Origin: the human T2T-CHM13v2.0 reference genome, Homo sapiens
Length of the DNA: 64,000 bases
Assembly: GCF_009914755.1 (NCBI RefSeq)
Contig: NC_060926.1
Strand: one strand, 5' to 3'
The notes under the pieces were generated by a model. It worked only from the letters and a program-made list of their open reading frames with translations, was not told the origin of the DNA and did not search any database. Made by a program: the position numbers and the translations under genes. Positions 27,908 through 40,253 of the stretch are shown piece by piece. Position 1 is the first letter of the stretch, and each line of letters opens with the position of its first letter.

Positions 27908-28090
27908 GTTAGCATTTTATTTTATATGAGACTCTCAAGTTTAATTTTTCTGGGAGTGAGGAATCACATATTTGGCAAGAAAATAAATTTTCTGCATAGC
28001 TATAGCTGAGTCCCGCAAAGGTGAATGTTTTCAAGTATTGGAGATCATGTTCATTCTGCCTCCATTTAACGTGTGCTGTTTGTCTTTCAG

Positions 28091-28264
28091 TGGGATGGAG
28101 TTGGTCCTATCCCAGGACTGTCGAAGTCCCCCAAAGGGGTTGAGATGCTGTGGCACCCATCGGTGGTAAAACCATATCTGACTCTTCTAGCAGAAAGTTC
28201 CAACCCAGCCACCTTGGAAGGCTCTGCAGGGTCTCTCCAGAACCTCTCTGCTGGCAACTGGAAG
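28091..28264 (+). CDS. PKP4: PKP4 coding exon, 174 nt WDGVGPIPG...[10 protein letters not shown]
   Basis: Acceptor tgtctttcag|TGG, donor AAG|gtagga. Confidence 0.96.
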
Positions 28265-29489
28265 GTAGGATGACTTCCACTTATCTACACTTCTTTCCAT
28301 CTTTGCAAACTAACTTGAAATGTTATATATATATGTTCTGCCTCAGTCAGATCAGCCCTGATGGTGAAAGGGTCACAGCTACTTAGCTTGTCTGTGAAGG
28401 GGTTAAAGGGAAAAAAGGGAGACAAGCAGTTGCTCTGGGGATACAAAGATAAATACAAGTCCCTCACTATGAGAAACAGAAGGCTAGTGAGAAAAACAGA
28501 TGGTGCCAGCACAGTGTAGAAGCCACAGGATGTATGTGCTGTGGGGTCCTGAAAGAAGACATCTAACCCAGCCACACAGTGTAAGGGAAGGTCAGGAAAA
28601 GAGCGGAGTAAGGACGTGGAGGAGATTTCCTGAAGGGGATGCTGCCCGGCAGAATCTCTGAAGATGAGTGAAAGTAAGCCTGTAGAGGCTGAGGCTGTGG
28701 TATGGAAGGAGCCATCCAGATAACAGGGACAACAGGAGGAGGACAGTCTTGTGGTGCAGAGAAGACGTGTGGGCCAGGACTACTGGCTGCCCACTGGGGC
28801 CCACCATGGAGCCAGGCATCATGGATAGGCCTGAAGGCCAAACTTCAGGAGCTGAATCCTAACCTACACACAGGAGGGACTACCGAAAGAGTCTGGGCAG
28901 ATGAGTGACAGAGACGGGCTAATATCATCACTGCTCCCCCACTTCCATGGCAGTGCAAAAGGTGGATTCGAGGAAGGGAGAGTTAGAAGCAGGGATTGGA
29001 TTTGGGAGCCAGTGCAGCAATACAAAGGTGAGAAATCTTGAGTGGCAGGACAGAACACAGGTTGGGCAGCACTGTGGGGAGGGATAGAGGACCTCTGTTC
29101 CTCTCAGACCGTTACAGACATGCCTGTGTCTAAGGTTTCTGCATCTTTTTGCAAATGTATGAGTATGAAAACTGAAGACAGTTTCCTTTTGTTACCACTG
29201 TAAGCAAGTTCTCAGAACTTTCTAAATGTCCCCCAGCAACTTCCCAGACAGTCCTTGTCTGAGACATTTTCAACCTCTAGTAATTTCTTGACAGGTGTAT
29301 TTTAGTAGAGTTACTACAATGCTTGCTGTGGGCTTCTTCCCCCACCTTAACCCCCCAAAATGAGAATCTTTTGGTGATGGTGTTTTCAAGATAGTGAAAA
29401 GCATTGATAAGCCTAGGTATGGTTTGTTTCGTGCACGTGGCCACTATGTTGAATATAGAGCGATAACTATGGTCTAGTGCTAAGCCGGT

Positions 29490-29690
29490 GTGGTTATTTT
29501 GTTGTGGCTCCTAGTTAAAGTGCCAGTGACTGAGTGTGTAAGTGCTGGCTCTGAATCCAGGCCACTCTGCTTACCGTCTGGCAGCCTAGGGGCTCTGCCC
29601 ACAGTTTCCACCTCCCTAAAATAAAGTGAATATTAATACCTGCCTTATAAAGTGGTTATGAGGATTTAGTGAGATACTCCCAGCACATAA
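29490..29690 (+). mobile_element. MIR SINE
   Basis: tctgaatccaggcc...cagtttccacctccctaaaat...gttatgaggatttagtgagat. Confidence 0.7.
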
Positions 29691-31233
29691 GTATTTATAA
29701 ACATTTATGTTGTAGAACAGCGTTCACCTTCAGCTTCTGTGACCAGAGGATCATTTGATGATAATAAAAAAGACAGTAATTGAAATCGATGTGATTTGAC
29801 TTATTTAGAAGTTCATGTCTGGGATCATTTAGTGAGAGAGTTAGATGGCAAAGCTCATTTAAAATATAAACATTATATCTAAGCGATTTCAATAGTGAGT
29901 TAAAATATTGGACCTTCACTAAGAAAATGAGATAATCGTGGCCACAGATGTTATCAAGTAAGAAGCTATTTCAGGAGCAGTGATGACTGTAGTTCTCCAG
30001 AAGGGAGACGGGCTGGGCTGGGCTGGGCTGGTAGGTCTCCAAGTGAGACAGAAGGAGATGGTTCTGTTGTTGCAGGTTTCAGAGAGAAGTTCATAAAACT
30101 GCCTGAGTGCTTTGCCTAGTAACCAGTCATGTACTTCATTTTCCCCCCATAGATTTCATGTGATTTGAAAAATAGGAGTATGCATTTCATATGCAGAATA
30201 TAAATAGGATCTTTGAAATGCATCTTTCCCTCTTATTTGTATTATTAAAATATTCTGTTGGTATTCAAGAAACTGGATGGTCAATCACATATTTTAATGT
30301 TCGAAATAATACAAAGGGCTGGTAGATCTCTGTCCTACTGTCTTGGTCACAGCAGGAAAGTATATGTTTTATGAGCAGCATCTTTCAATTACCCTAAAAT
30401 TTGAAAGATGATTTGCATTGGTTGAAAAAGTCAATTAAAGCTCAAAGCTGGAAACAAGATTAAAGAACCGTTTTCTAACGTTACTCTTTTTGGTTGTTTC
30501 ACTGATGACTTAGCGCTCATTTCCATTTTATAAGATATACAAACTGACTCACAGTACAGAGTTGCTTCATAGTCACAGAAAAATTTCTTGACTATGGATT
30601 TTTAAAAAACAGCATCAGCAGCTAACTAATCTTGAGTGAGAATGCATTTTGCACACAAATATACTTACTTTTTCACCAGGCTGTATGAATTATGATGCTG
30701 GATGTTTCTGGAGATTTCCCTTTCTTCTGAGGCAAGGGATTTTTCCAACTAATCTCTTTGACAGGTTTCTGAACTCGAAATATTGTTGCAGGGAATATAG
30801 AAAAAAAATGACTTGATGGAGACAGGTTCTCCTTTCATGTGTGCTGATGGGTTACTGTCTCTGCCATCCTATTTATAGCCTCTGGGTTTGGCAGGGGACC
30901 AACTGCAAAGAAAACACACGATCCTTCCTTAATCATGTTTATGTATCTGAGATAGAAAGTAATCACTGCCTTCTCTTTTCTGCACAAAAATATCTGGCAG
31001 ATGGTGGTTTGAGATTTTCAGGCTTTGGGATTTCTTTTTAAATCAGTCATTCCAGCCTATCTTTCTCCCCAACTTTGGTTTTCTCTTCACTGACACCACA
31101 GATTTGATCTTCAATTGGAAAGAAACCATTTAATCTATTAGTTCATCTTTTGGAAACATCTTTTTTAGGTGACAGTAACATATGAGAGTGGAACTCTGTT
31201 TTATGTTACTTCCTGCCTTATTTTTCTCACTAG

Positions 31234-31384
31234 TTTGCAGCATATATCCGGGCGGCCGTCCGAAAAGAAAAGGGGCTCCCCATCCTTGTGGAGCTTCTGA
31301 GAATGGATAACGATAGAGTTGTTTCTTCCGTGGCAACAGCCTTGAGGAATATGGCACTAGATGTTCGCAACAAGGAGCTCATAG
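31234..31384 (+). CDS. PKP4: PKP4 coding exon, 151 nt [22 protein letters not shown]...NKELIG
   Basis: Acceptor tttttctcactag|TTT, donor ATAG|gtatgt; [15 protein letters not shown] motif. Confidence 0.96.
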
Positions 31385-31863
31385 GTATGTTCTGGTGACA
31401 AGATGAGCTGTAAATGTGAGAGCAGCTACAAAATTCATGAAACTCTTCTTTTGATTAATAAATATATGGCTTGTAAAATCATTAACAGCTGAGCCCTAGT
31501 CTCCAGTTTCTTGGCATATTTGAGTACTCCTGTTTTGTGACCATTCTTTTTCAGCAGGAGGCAAGCTCATTAATTAGTCATTGATTAGGGAAGGTAAATT
31601 TTCAGAAAGGCCAGCAATTTTAGTTGTACCTTACAACACTAGTAGGGTTAATGTCTCTCATTTCTAAGAGAGTTCTCTATATCCTGAGCAACAAAAAATC
31701 TTAATCTCCCTTTCCAATTTTTGGACTGCTACCTGCTAATTCACCAACACTACCATACTCTAAATAAAAAATCACATGAATGTTTTGTAGCTTTCCCCTC
31801 TCACATTGGTATAAATCTTTATCCCAGAGAAGAACCACTGTCCCAACATCATTTCCACCCGGG

Positions 31864-32020
31864 CAGGGGCAGGACTAGGGTGAGCTAAGCAAGGCGCCAA
31901 AGGCACAACATTTTAGGAGGCCTTTACTCTCAGGTTTGTACAAGGTAGGGTTGGCACATGCACAAACCAAACAGTGAGGACCTCTGTACGCTCCGCACCC
32001 CAGGCAGCTTGCTTGCCTCT
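31864..32020. mobile_element. hAT-Tip100 MITE (MER91A-like)
   Basis: caggggcaggactagggtgagc...ttttaggaggc..actctcagg, a decayed palindromic MER91 layout. Confidence 0.75.
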
Positions 32021-34539
32021 GCGGCATTGCCACATCCTAGGCAGGATGCGGGCTAAAGAAGACATCAGGGACCCCCATAAACCTGAGCTTCGTTCCCAGG
32101 ATGTGCTGCTGACTGGCCATGCAACCTGGGGTATCCTATATAACCCCGTTCAGGCTCCGTAATTCTATCTAGATTGGAAATGAAAGGAAACTCCTCATCT
32201 CTGAAGGGGAGCTGTTGATGCCTGCTGTCCTAACTGGGTTTGCTGTAAAGAGGAAATGAGAGAGCTCCATGCCAAGTCCCACAGCTGGTGACAGGTCAGG
32301 GGAGAAGGAGGGGAAATGGGACAAGATCTTATGTGGATTCATGTGAATCTATAGTAAACTTAAAATACACCTGCCATGAGAGAAGGAGAGAGAAACAAGG
32401 GCGATGATGTTTACCATAAAGAATTGCTGTAAGGATTAAACGTGATGACTTACAATGGAAGCCCTTCACACAGTGCCTGACAGAATTGCTATTTTGAATT
32501 GTTGCCCAGATTAACCTGCTCTTAACACACCATTCCTTTAAGCCAAATCATCCCCCTACGGAGAGGAAAGGAAGTTCCTCCTCACCCTGTTCATGGTCCA
32601 GCTCATGCCTGATTCTTGTAGATGTGCCATATCTCTCAGTTCCCACACTTCCTTTACAGAAATCCTTCAGGTCCCTAAAGAGAGATATTCTTTAAAGTTA
32701 TTTTTCTTACGTCTGTATTGTTTGGATTTCTTATAAGAAGCATGTATAATTTGGGCATTTTTAATGCTAAAAAATAAATGGTTGACACGTATATCCTGTG
32801 GCCTGTCATATTTCACAACGCAAAGACACAGGTAGACAGGAGTCCTTGAGCTGGTACTGTGAAGTGCTAAGACCTTTGGCAAGAGGAATGTGTGTTCCAA
32901 GTCTTGGCTTCCTCTCAGTGCATTTCTGTGTTTTCTGTGAATAACCCTTTTTAACTTCCACTGGCCTTCTGCCTCTCCAGTGATGAGCTTTTTTTTTTTT
33001 TTTTTAACCTGGCTGGAGCACTCTTGAACTGTTCCATCAGTCTGTTTTTTTGTTTCCCTATTCCCGTCTTCCTGTGAGATCTGCCTCACTCTTGGATTCA
33101 GTATTTGGCTCTAATTTACCCAGTACTTCAGTTCCTAGGAACCTTCCCCTTCTCTGACCTCTTCCCTCTTTTTTCACATTCATCATCAGCACTAGCAAAG
33201 GACTTTCTTTTCAGAGCCATTTTTCACAAAGAAGCAAAGTTTTATCACTTCATAAAAGTTACTACATACTCAACTGAGTGGGACCCACCCTGCTGTCTGG
33301 AGCTGCAAGTTCTGAGGGGACCGCCAGGCTCACTCATTCATAGGCAGAGTGAGCTGCCTCGGCCTAACCCCCAGGAGTGCAATTTAAAGTTATGCCTTAG
33401 CAAAATGACAAATTACATGTCATGGGCCTTTTGGTCATTCATGAGTATTCAAAATCACCAGAGCTAACTTATCATCTGCTCTGAAAACCACATTTATCTT
33501 GTGGCCTTACAGTGTCAGCACTGTTTTTCCACTCTTCATAGCAGTGTTTGTCGTGAGCAAGCCAGAGCCTTCCCTCTGACGTGCTGTACATCACACAGCA
33601 TGTAGCTGAGACCTGTCTTCTTCTGCTTACCACTGTAAATAAACAGGCCTTTATAAAAAGCGATTGCACATCCACTCAATTATTAGCATAGGGGAGAACT
33701 AAGAAGATGTTTACTTGCACTTTAGTTCATTTCTTTTGTTTGTAGTGCACTTACAGTTTGTCAGTTGGTAATCGAAGTTGAAAAAGCTAGAGGTAATCTC
33801 TTTTTGGAGAGGAATAAGAAAAAATCAGTATCTATAAAGAAATACCTCAATAACTGTGAAACTCCCCTTGCCTTGTCTTAGCAAGAATTTCATTATTATT
33901 GCATTATTCCTGGGAGATAACATACCTATAATTTTAATACCAGAACTTTTACTTGTGTCATCTTTTAAAGAAACTAACATGTTGCCACCGTTGTCAGATG
34001 AGTTGCTGTACACCTCAGCTCTATACACAAAAATGTGTAACTGTACCCAGTTCATACATTAAGATCCAGAAAGATCTAACGAAAAGTATTGTTTGGCAGC
34101 CTGACTTGGTCCAGATTCAAAGGTAAGTTTTAAAAAGCTCTAAGAGGAAATTGAGGTATTTGTGATGCATAGGAATTCCATTGAGAATAAAATTTACTAT
34201 TATAATTCCTTCATTACTCAATGTTACTGAAAATACTTGAACGAAAGTAACTTGATTTGTCTACCCAATTTTACGCATTGATTTACATTTGCTTTCAGCA
34301 ATTGACAGTAATGTTTTATAAATGAATCATTTCTGCAAGTGACGTTGCAATAAATGTTAGCTTTCCCCTTATAATGACATTTGTCCTTTTCTTCTTTGCC
34401 ATGGGTTTTGATTTTTTCCCCTATTATTGTCTCTTTGGGGGTTTTATTTTTAAGAGATTGCATGCCACCAGAATCTGAACAACAATAACAAAAACCTAGT
34501 ACCTTCTGGAAGTAGAATTTACTCTTTTGCCGTTGGCAG

Positions 34540-34735
34540 GCAAATACGCCATGCGAGACCTGGTCAACCGGCTCCCCGGCGGCAATGGCCCCAGTGTCTT
34601 GTCTGATGAGACCATGGCAGCCATCTGCTGTGCTCTGCACGAGGTCACCAGCAAAAACATGGAGAACGCAAAAGCCCTGGCCGACTCAGGAGGCATAGAG
34701 AAGCTGGTGAACATAACCAAAGGCAGGGGCGACAG
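34540..34735 (+). CDS. PKP4: PKP4 coding exon, 196 nt [14 protein letters not shown]...ITKGRGDR, ending at a GC donor
   Basis: Acceptor cgttggcag|GC, donor GACAG|gcaagt; phase 2 fits the next exon (AG|A = Arg). Confidence 0.94.
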
Positions 34736-34980
34736 GCAAGTCTGCGGCAAGGAGGTGCAAGCAGTGCTCTTATTCCTGAGATTGTCCTGTGATGAGGCCT
34801 TTGTTGAGGATACCTTTCCTATTGGAAAGGATTTATTTTTGCATTTCTTACATGCCGATAAGCTAAGCAGTCTCCAGCACTTACAACCTGCTATGCTGGG
34901 AGAAGTGTTTTCTGTTATGGGGCCTATTTTTGGTTTTCACTTTATTGTAACACCCTCACTCCTACATTGGTATTTGTCTC

Positions 34981-35342
34981 TGTCTTAGTCTGTTTGTTCT
35001 GCTGTAACAAAATGTTGTGAACTGGGTGGCTTATAAACAACAGAAATTTATTTCTCACAGTTCTAGAGGCCGGGAAATCCAAGATCAGGGCACCAACAGA
35101 TTTGGTGTCTGGTGAGGGCCCCGATTCTGGTTCATAGATGGTGCCTTTCAGCTGTCCTTGCACGGTAGAAGGAGGGAGAGGTCTCAGGCCTGTTTTTATA
35201 AGGGTGCTAATGCCATTCATGAGGGCTCTACCCTCATGATCTAATCACCTCTCAAAGGCTCCACCTCCTAATACCATCACCTTGGGGGTTGGAATTTCAA
35301 CATATGAACTTTGGAAGGGACACAGACCTTCAGACCATAGCA
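34981..35342. mobile_element. MaLR solo LTR (MLT1A-like)
   Basis: TG...CA ends; aaacaacagaaatttatttctcacagttctagaggc; near-perfect 5-bp TSD gtctc/gtccc. Confidence 0.9.
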
Positions 35343-36419
35343 GTCCCTAAAGCCACAACTGGTCATGCCAACTCCTGGAAGAATTGGAAATGCCAGGATG
35401 AGAAAAATCTAGGGGGCACCATTTCCCTTGTGCCCTTGTCTCTCTGCTCCAGGCCTGAGTGCCTGTTCTGCAGGAACGTCTTCTTGAATCCCCAGTTCTG
35501 GAATTGAGTTTTCTGCCACATACCCAGAAAGTATTAAAATTACTGCTCTGCAGCAGGGCTGCTGTGTGGCCTCAGGATGTGCCCCAGGCTTGGATGGCGC
35601 ATTTCCCTTTGCTTCTGCATGACACCTCACTGATTAAGCAGGAAGGAAGGACTAGAGAATCAGTGGTAAAAATTGAAGGCTGCTTGTCATGGAGCTGTAG
35701 CAGTGACTATAAGTTTGCCTTAGTATCAGATCAGAGAAATGGTAAGTAGGATGCCTGGTGCCATCTCAGAACAGCAGGACAGCAACCTCCCTGAGCCACA
35801 GTAGCATGGCAGCCCTCTCCCCCAAACCCCCTGCTTTGCTCTCTCCATAGCGCTGATTTCCCCTTGCTGTGGAAGTTATGTCTTCCTCTTATACCTGACT
35901 CTTCCATTGCAGAGATTTTTATTTTGGTTCACTGCTATATCCTTGGCATCTAGAATAAGCCTGGCCTGCTCATAACAGGTGTTTGGTGAATATTTATTAA
36001 TTGGCCAAATGACAGTGCTGGAACTCACATTACATCTCATCTTTATACTTTTGAAGGAGTTTCTAAAATATAAGAATAATCTAAAACCATATTCTCATCT
36101 CCCAGAAACCACACCTATCAGCAGTAATGATATTTCCTTTCAGTCTTTTTTTAAAATGTATTTTTTTCTATTTAATTAGTAATAAATGGTTATAGGGGGT
36201 GGGGAGGGCTGGGAAGGGGAGTGAGTGGAACCATAATCACTTACGCTCTTAAAATGTCGCTGGACAGCCTGCACTTGTGAGCAGCATAAGAAGAGGCTGA
36301 GATGCTGAGCCAGTGCCAGAACCTTTCCATATTAAGAAAATTGCTACCCAGTCTAATCTGTTTTTCAAAACCAGAGATTCGGAAAGTCCTGGACCAAATC
36401 AAATTGTCTCCTAGCTCCA

Positions 36420-36875
36420 CACACTTAACTTCTTTCACAAGTACTTACTGCCTGCCTGCTGTGTGCCAGACGCTCTTCTCTATGCTGGGCTTGCAGCAGC
36501 AGACAGGTCGCATGACAGCCCCACCCGAGGTAGCTTACGTTCCATGGGTGAGGTAGACGCAGACAAGGTGCCAAACGAACAGAAACGCGTGGAGCGTGGT
36601 GGGTGGTGCTGAGGGGCAGGGCGCATAATAATGTCAGGGTGGGTGGTGGGCCATGCTGGGGAGAGGAATGCTAGTCAATGAAGGCCTTGCAGAGACAGTG
36701 CCTTTTGAGCACAGAGCTGGAGGAGGCAGGGAAGGAACAGTGCAGCTCCCTGGGGGAAGAGCATTTCGGTTAGAGGGGGACATCAAGTGAGAGAGCCCTG
36801 AGAAGCTAGAGGACCTTGTGTGCTTGAGGAACAGAGGGAAGCCGGTGGGGCTGGAGCAGAGCCAGTGAGGGGTAT
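36420..36875 (-). mobile_element. L2 LINE fragment
   Basis: tacttactgcctgcctgctgtgtgccagac...gagcacagagctggagg...ggctggagcaga. Confidence 0.7.
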
Positions 36876-38495
36876 AGGAGGCCCACCCCAGCGTGGTGAT
36901 CTGACGGCCTTAGCCAAGGCAGGGCACCGCATCCCCTCTGCACTTATCCGTGAAGCTACTGACTTAGAGCAGCAGCTCCCAAGGTGAAATACAGTGACTC
37001 AGGATGAGGACTGCAACTTGACCTTCGGATGTAACAATATGGAGGTCCTATATTTAAGAGAAGATGGGATGGTGGAAATTAGAGATGCAAGTACATAACT
37101 CTTTCAAGGAGTTTTGCTGCAAAGGAGAGCAAAGAATCTTCCTTGCTTTTCTCATGGGTCAGGTTTCTGCTCATGGAATTTGTGTCTGAAAATATGTAGT
37201 CTGTTTTTGTCAAGGCATATCCTGGGCACAGTCCTGCCTGGTCGAGTGTTTCAGTTGTCATCCTACCAGGCAGCTGTGGAATCTGCCTTTTGAGCCTCAT
37301 CCTGCTGCCTAGCACTTAAAGACAGACGGGTGAACAAAGCAGCAATGGCCGGGCCCAGCTGAGAACAGGGTGGCTATGTGGGGCAAGTGCCCTGCTCCCC
37401 CAAATCTGTCTTCCAGAGGCTGTCTTGGGTGCCTGAAATTTCATCTGTGTTTATTTCTTTGGGGTATTTAGCTATTGCCTGTTCCATAGTCCAATTTGGA
37501 AATAAAAAGGTTAGAAAGGCTTTGAGTGGGTTGGCTTTACCTGGCTCTGCTCACCTAAACCCTCAGAATCATTAGCAACGCATGTTCTGTTAGGGGCTGA
37601 GGAAGTAGCTCACCACCTGCTCCCCTCCCTTGTCCTCCTCCACTTCATGAGAGTTTAATTGGGAAGATACGGAGTAGAAGAGAAAACCAGATTTTAGATC
37701 GGGTATATACATTTGAAGTCAAACTGTCAAAGGAGCCTTAAGATTGAAGTGTTCAGTTGTCCTTAGGGCTAACTCTGCAAGCACTGGTCCATGAGTACCA
37801 CCCAAATGTAGAGATCTGAGGGCCTTAGCTGAGGCAGGAAGTCCCCTCTTCAGTTACTGGTGAGGCCACTGACTTAACAGCAGCAGCTCCCAAGGTGAAT
37901 CCAGTGACTCGGAATCCAGTTGGCTATGCTTAAGCAGAGCACCAGCATTTGCAAAATGTCCTCAGAGAGGGGAAATAATATCTGTGACCATGTTTTCCAA
38001 ATTCAACATTAGAACGCACATTAGTCTACTTAGAGGTATGAATGATAAGGCAATGGAGGTATTTAGATGAAGGCTTAATAAAGAAGGAGGGATAAAACAT
38101 ACTCACTTGGGAGGGTCTCCAGACACTCAGAATGTAGAGTCATGGTTGCATGAATCCCAAAGCCCCAGTGAGATCAGTGGCCCTCAGTAAAGATACGGAG
38201 GGAGGTTGGGACTGACACCTACAGAGATCCTCAGCTCAGGTTCGTCCCGGCCACAGCTGCTCCACAGAGCTCACTGCCTGATGGCCTCACTTCAGTTCTT
38301 GCCACCTCTTGCCAGTTCCGAACCTGATCGACTCCCAGGCACACCTGGTCCCTTTGTGGTGTGTCCTGCAGTAGCCTCCATCCCTGTGGCCCTGAGAGCG
38401 ATGGCCTGTTGGCCACTGATTTTCATCCTGCACCCCTCTGAGTGGGGCTGAGGCTGTGTCACCCACATTCATTAATATCCTTGCTCTCTACCTAG

Positions 38496-38580
38496 ATCAT
38501 CTCTGAAAGTGGTGAAGGCAGCAGCCCAGGTCTTGAATACATTATGGCAATATCGGGACCTCCGGAGCATTTATAAAAAG
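38496..38580 (+). CDS. PKP4: PKP4 coding exon, 85 nt [28 protein letters not shown]
   Basis: Acceptor ctctctacctag|A, donor AAG|gtaacc. Confidence 0.95.
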
Positions 38581-38701
38581 GTAACCTACAAGAATAGCTC
38601 TGGCATAATTAGCATTCATCAGAGCACACACTCATAATCATTTATTGTAATGAAATGTCATTATTCATTTTGAGAGGTTTCTTTTTCTCTTAACTCTGCA
38701 G

Positions 38702-38819
38702 GATGGGTGGAATCAGAACCATTTTATTACACCTGTGTCGACATTGGAGCGAGACCGATTCAAATCACATCCTTCCTTGTCTACCACCAACCAACAGATG
38801 TCACCCATCATTCAGTCAG
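38702..38819 (+). CDS. PKP4: PKP4 coding exon, 118 nt DGWNQNHFITPVSTLERD...SPIIQS
   Basis: Acceptor taactctgcag|GAT after a 121-nt intron, donor TCAG|gtcagt. Confidence 0.95.
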
Positions 38820-40031
38820 GTCAGTGGGAAAATGCCACTCCTTGGCGAGAACCTTTGTGTGACAGAACATTGTTCCCCAGCCAGAGAAGATCAAACATAA
38901 GCTGGTTAAGCCTGTCATCTCCAACACTACCCATGCAGCAGAGAACCTTCTGTAGGATTCACACACCATTATAAACCACAAGCCCACTTTCTTCCTTTTT
39001 AAAAGTGTATACAATTTTACATCAGCAACAGCGCCCCAGGCCCTGCCCTCAAGTCTGCCTCACTAAGTGTGAGAAGGGGCCCTGAAACCTGCAGTTGACA
39101 GACTGGACAGGGGATCGGGGTGCCTGAGAGTGGAGGGCCACACTTCGAGACGCACTGGGTTATGCCTGAAAGTGGCTGCCCTGTATGCCAGCTGGCCATA
39201 AGGTTGGAATCTCCTCCAAAGTGAATTTTTTTAAGTTTTCTTAGTGAAACCTTTTAGAAGCAGGGTCCTTTACCAGAGGACCTTTAAGGTCTTCAGATCC
39301 GCAACCTGGGAGAGCTGCCTGCTTTCCAGTTAAACCTCCTTCCTCTGCAGACCCCCAGCATCTGCTGCTAATGGAAGCAGGCCTTACAGTGTGGGTCTGT
39401 AGGAATTCCTTTTGATTTTTAAGTTGGGAATCCTGGCAACCATACTACCTACTTCTTTGTAATGTTTAACTTGATGGAAAGAATGTTTTGAGATTCAGAC
39501 TTAATTTTTTTACATGTAAGGGCAGATTATTACTGCCAAGCCAATCAGTCCTATAAATCTAATTCTTTCCAAAATGAGAAAGGAAAAATAATAAGTATCT
39601 TATTTTTATTTGGCTTTAAGTCACCCATTTGGACTTTTAAATATTATCTATTTTATTCAGCAGTGCTACTGCTGGCAGTCTTATTTCTCATGTGGACAAA
39701 TGTGGCCAAAAAGACGAATATACATGGCCAGTGGTTCTTGCCACATAATTGGATGTCCCCACTTGAACTAGAATTTTTTTTAATTGTCTGTGCTTGTTGT
39801 GTATGGTATATATCTTAGTTTTTAAATTATGGGTTGCTTTCTTGAAAGAAACCTACGTGTCTGGTTTTTAACATCCTTGCTAAGCTCCCAGGTATAGCCT
39901 GAAACTGCTTTCTTTTAGAAAAATGCTCAGAACCTTTTAGGGTCTTGGGAATAGAGGTGCCAGGGAAATTAAGATGTGTGGCTCTATAACAAAAGGCACA
40001 TAGACAAGCAAAGGATAATTTTAGATTAGTA

Positions 40032-40253
40032 CGAGCTTGTCCAATCTGCGGCCCATGGGTTTTATGCGTCCCAGGATGGCTTTGCGGCCCAACACAAATT
40101 TGTAAATTTTCTTAAAACATTATGAGATTTTTTTGGTGATTTTTTTTTTTTAGTTCCTCAGTTATTGTTAATGTTAGTGTATTTTATGTGTGGCCCAAGA
40201 TAATTATTACTCTTCGATGTGGCCCAAGGACGCCAAAAGATTGCACACCCCTG
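40032..40253. mobile_element. MER30-like hAT-Charlie MITE
   Basis: gcggcccaacacaaatttgtaaattttcttaaaacattatgaga...ccaaaagattgcacacccctg; degenerate 8-bp TSD gattagta/gatcatta. Confidence 0.9.
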
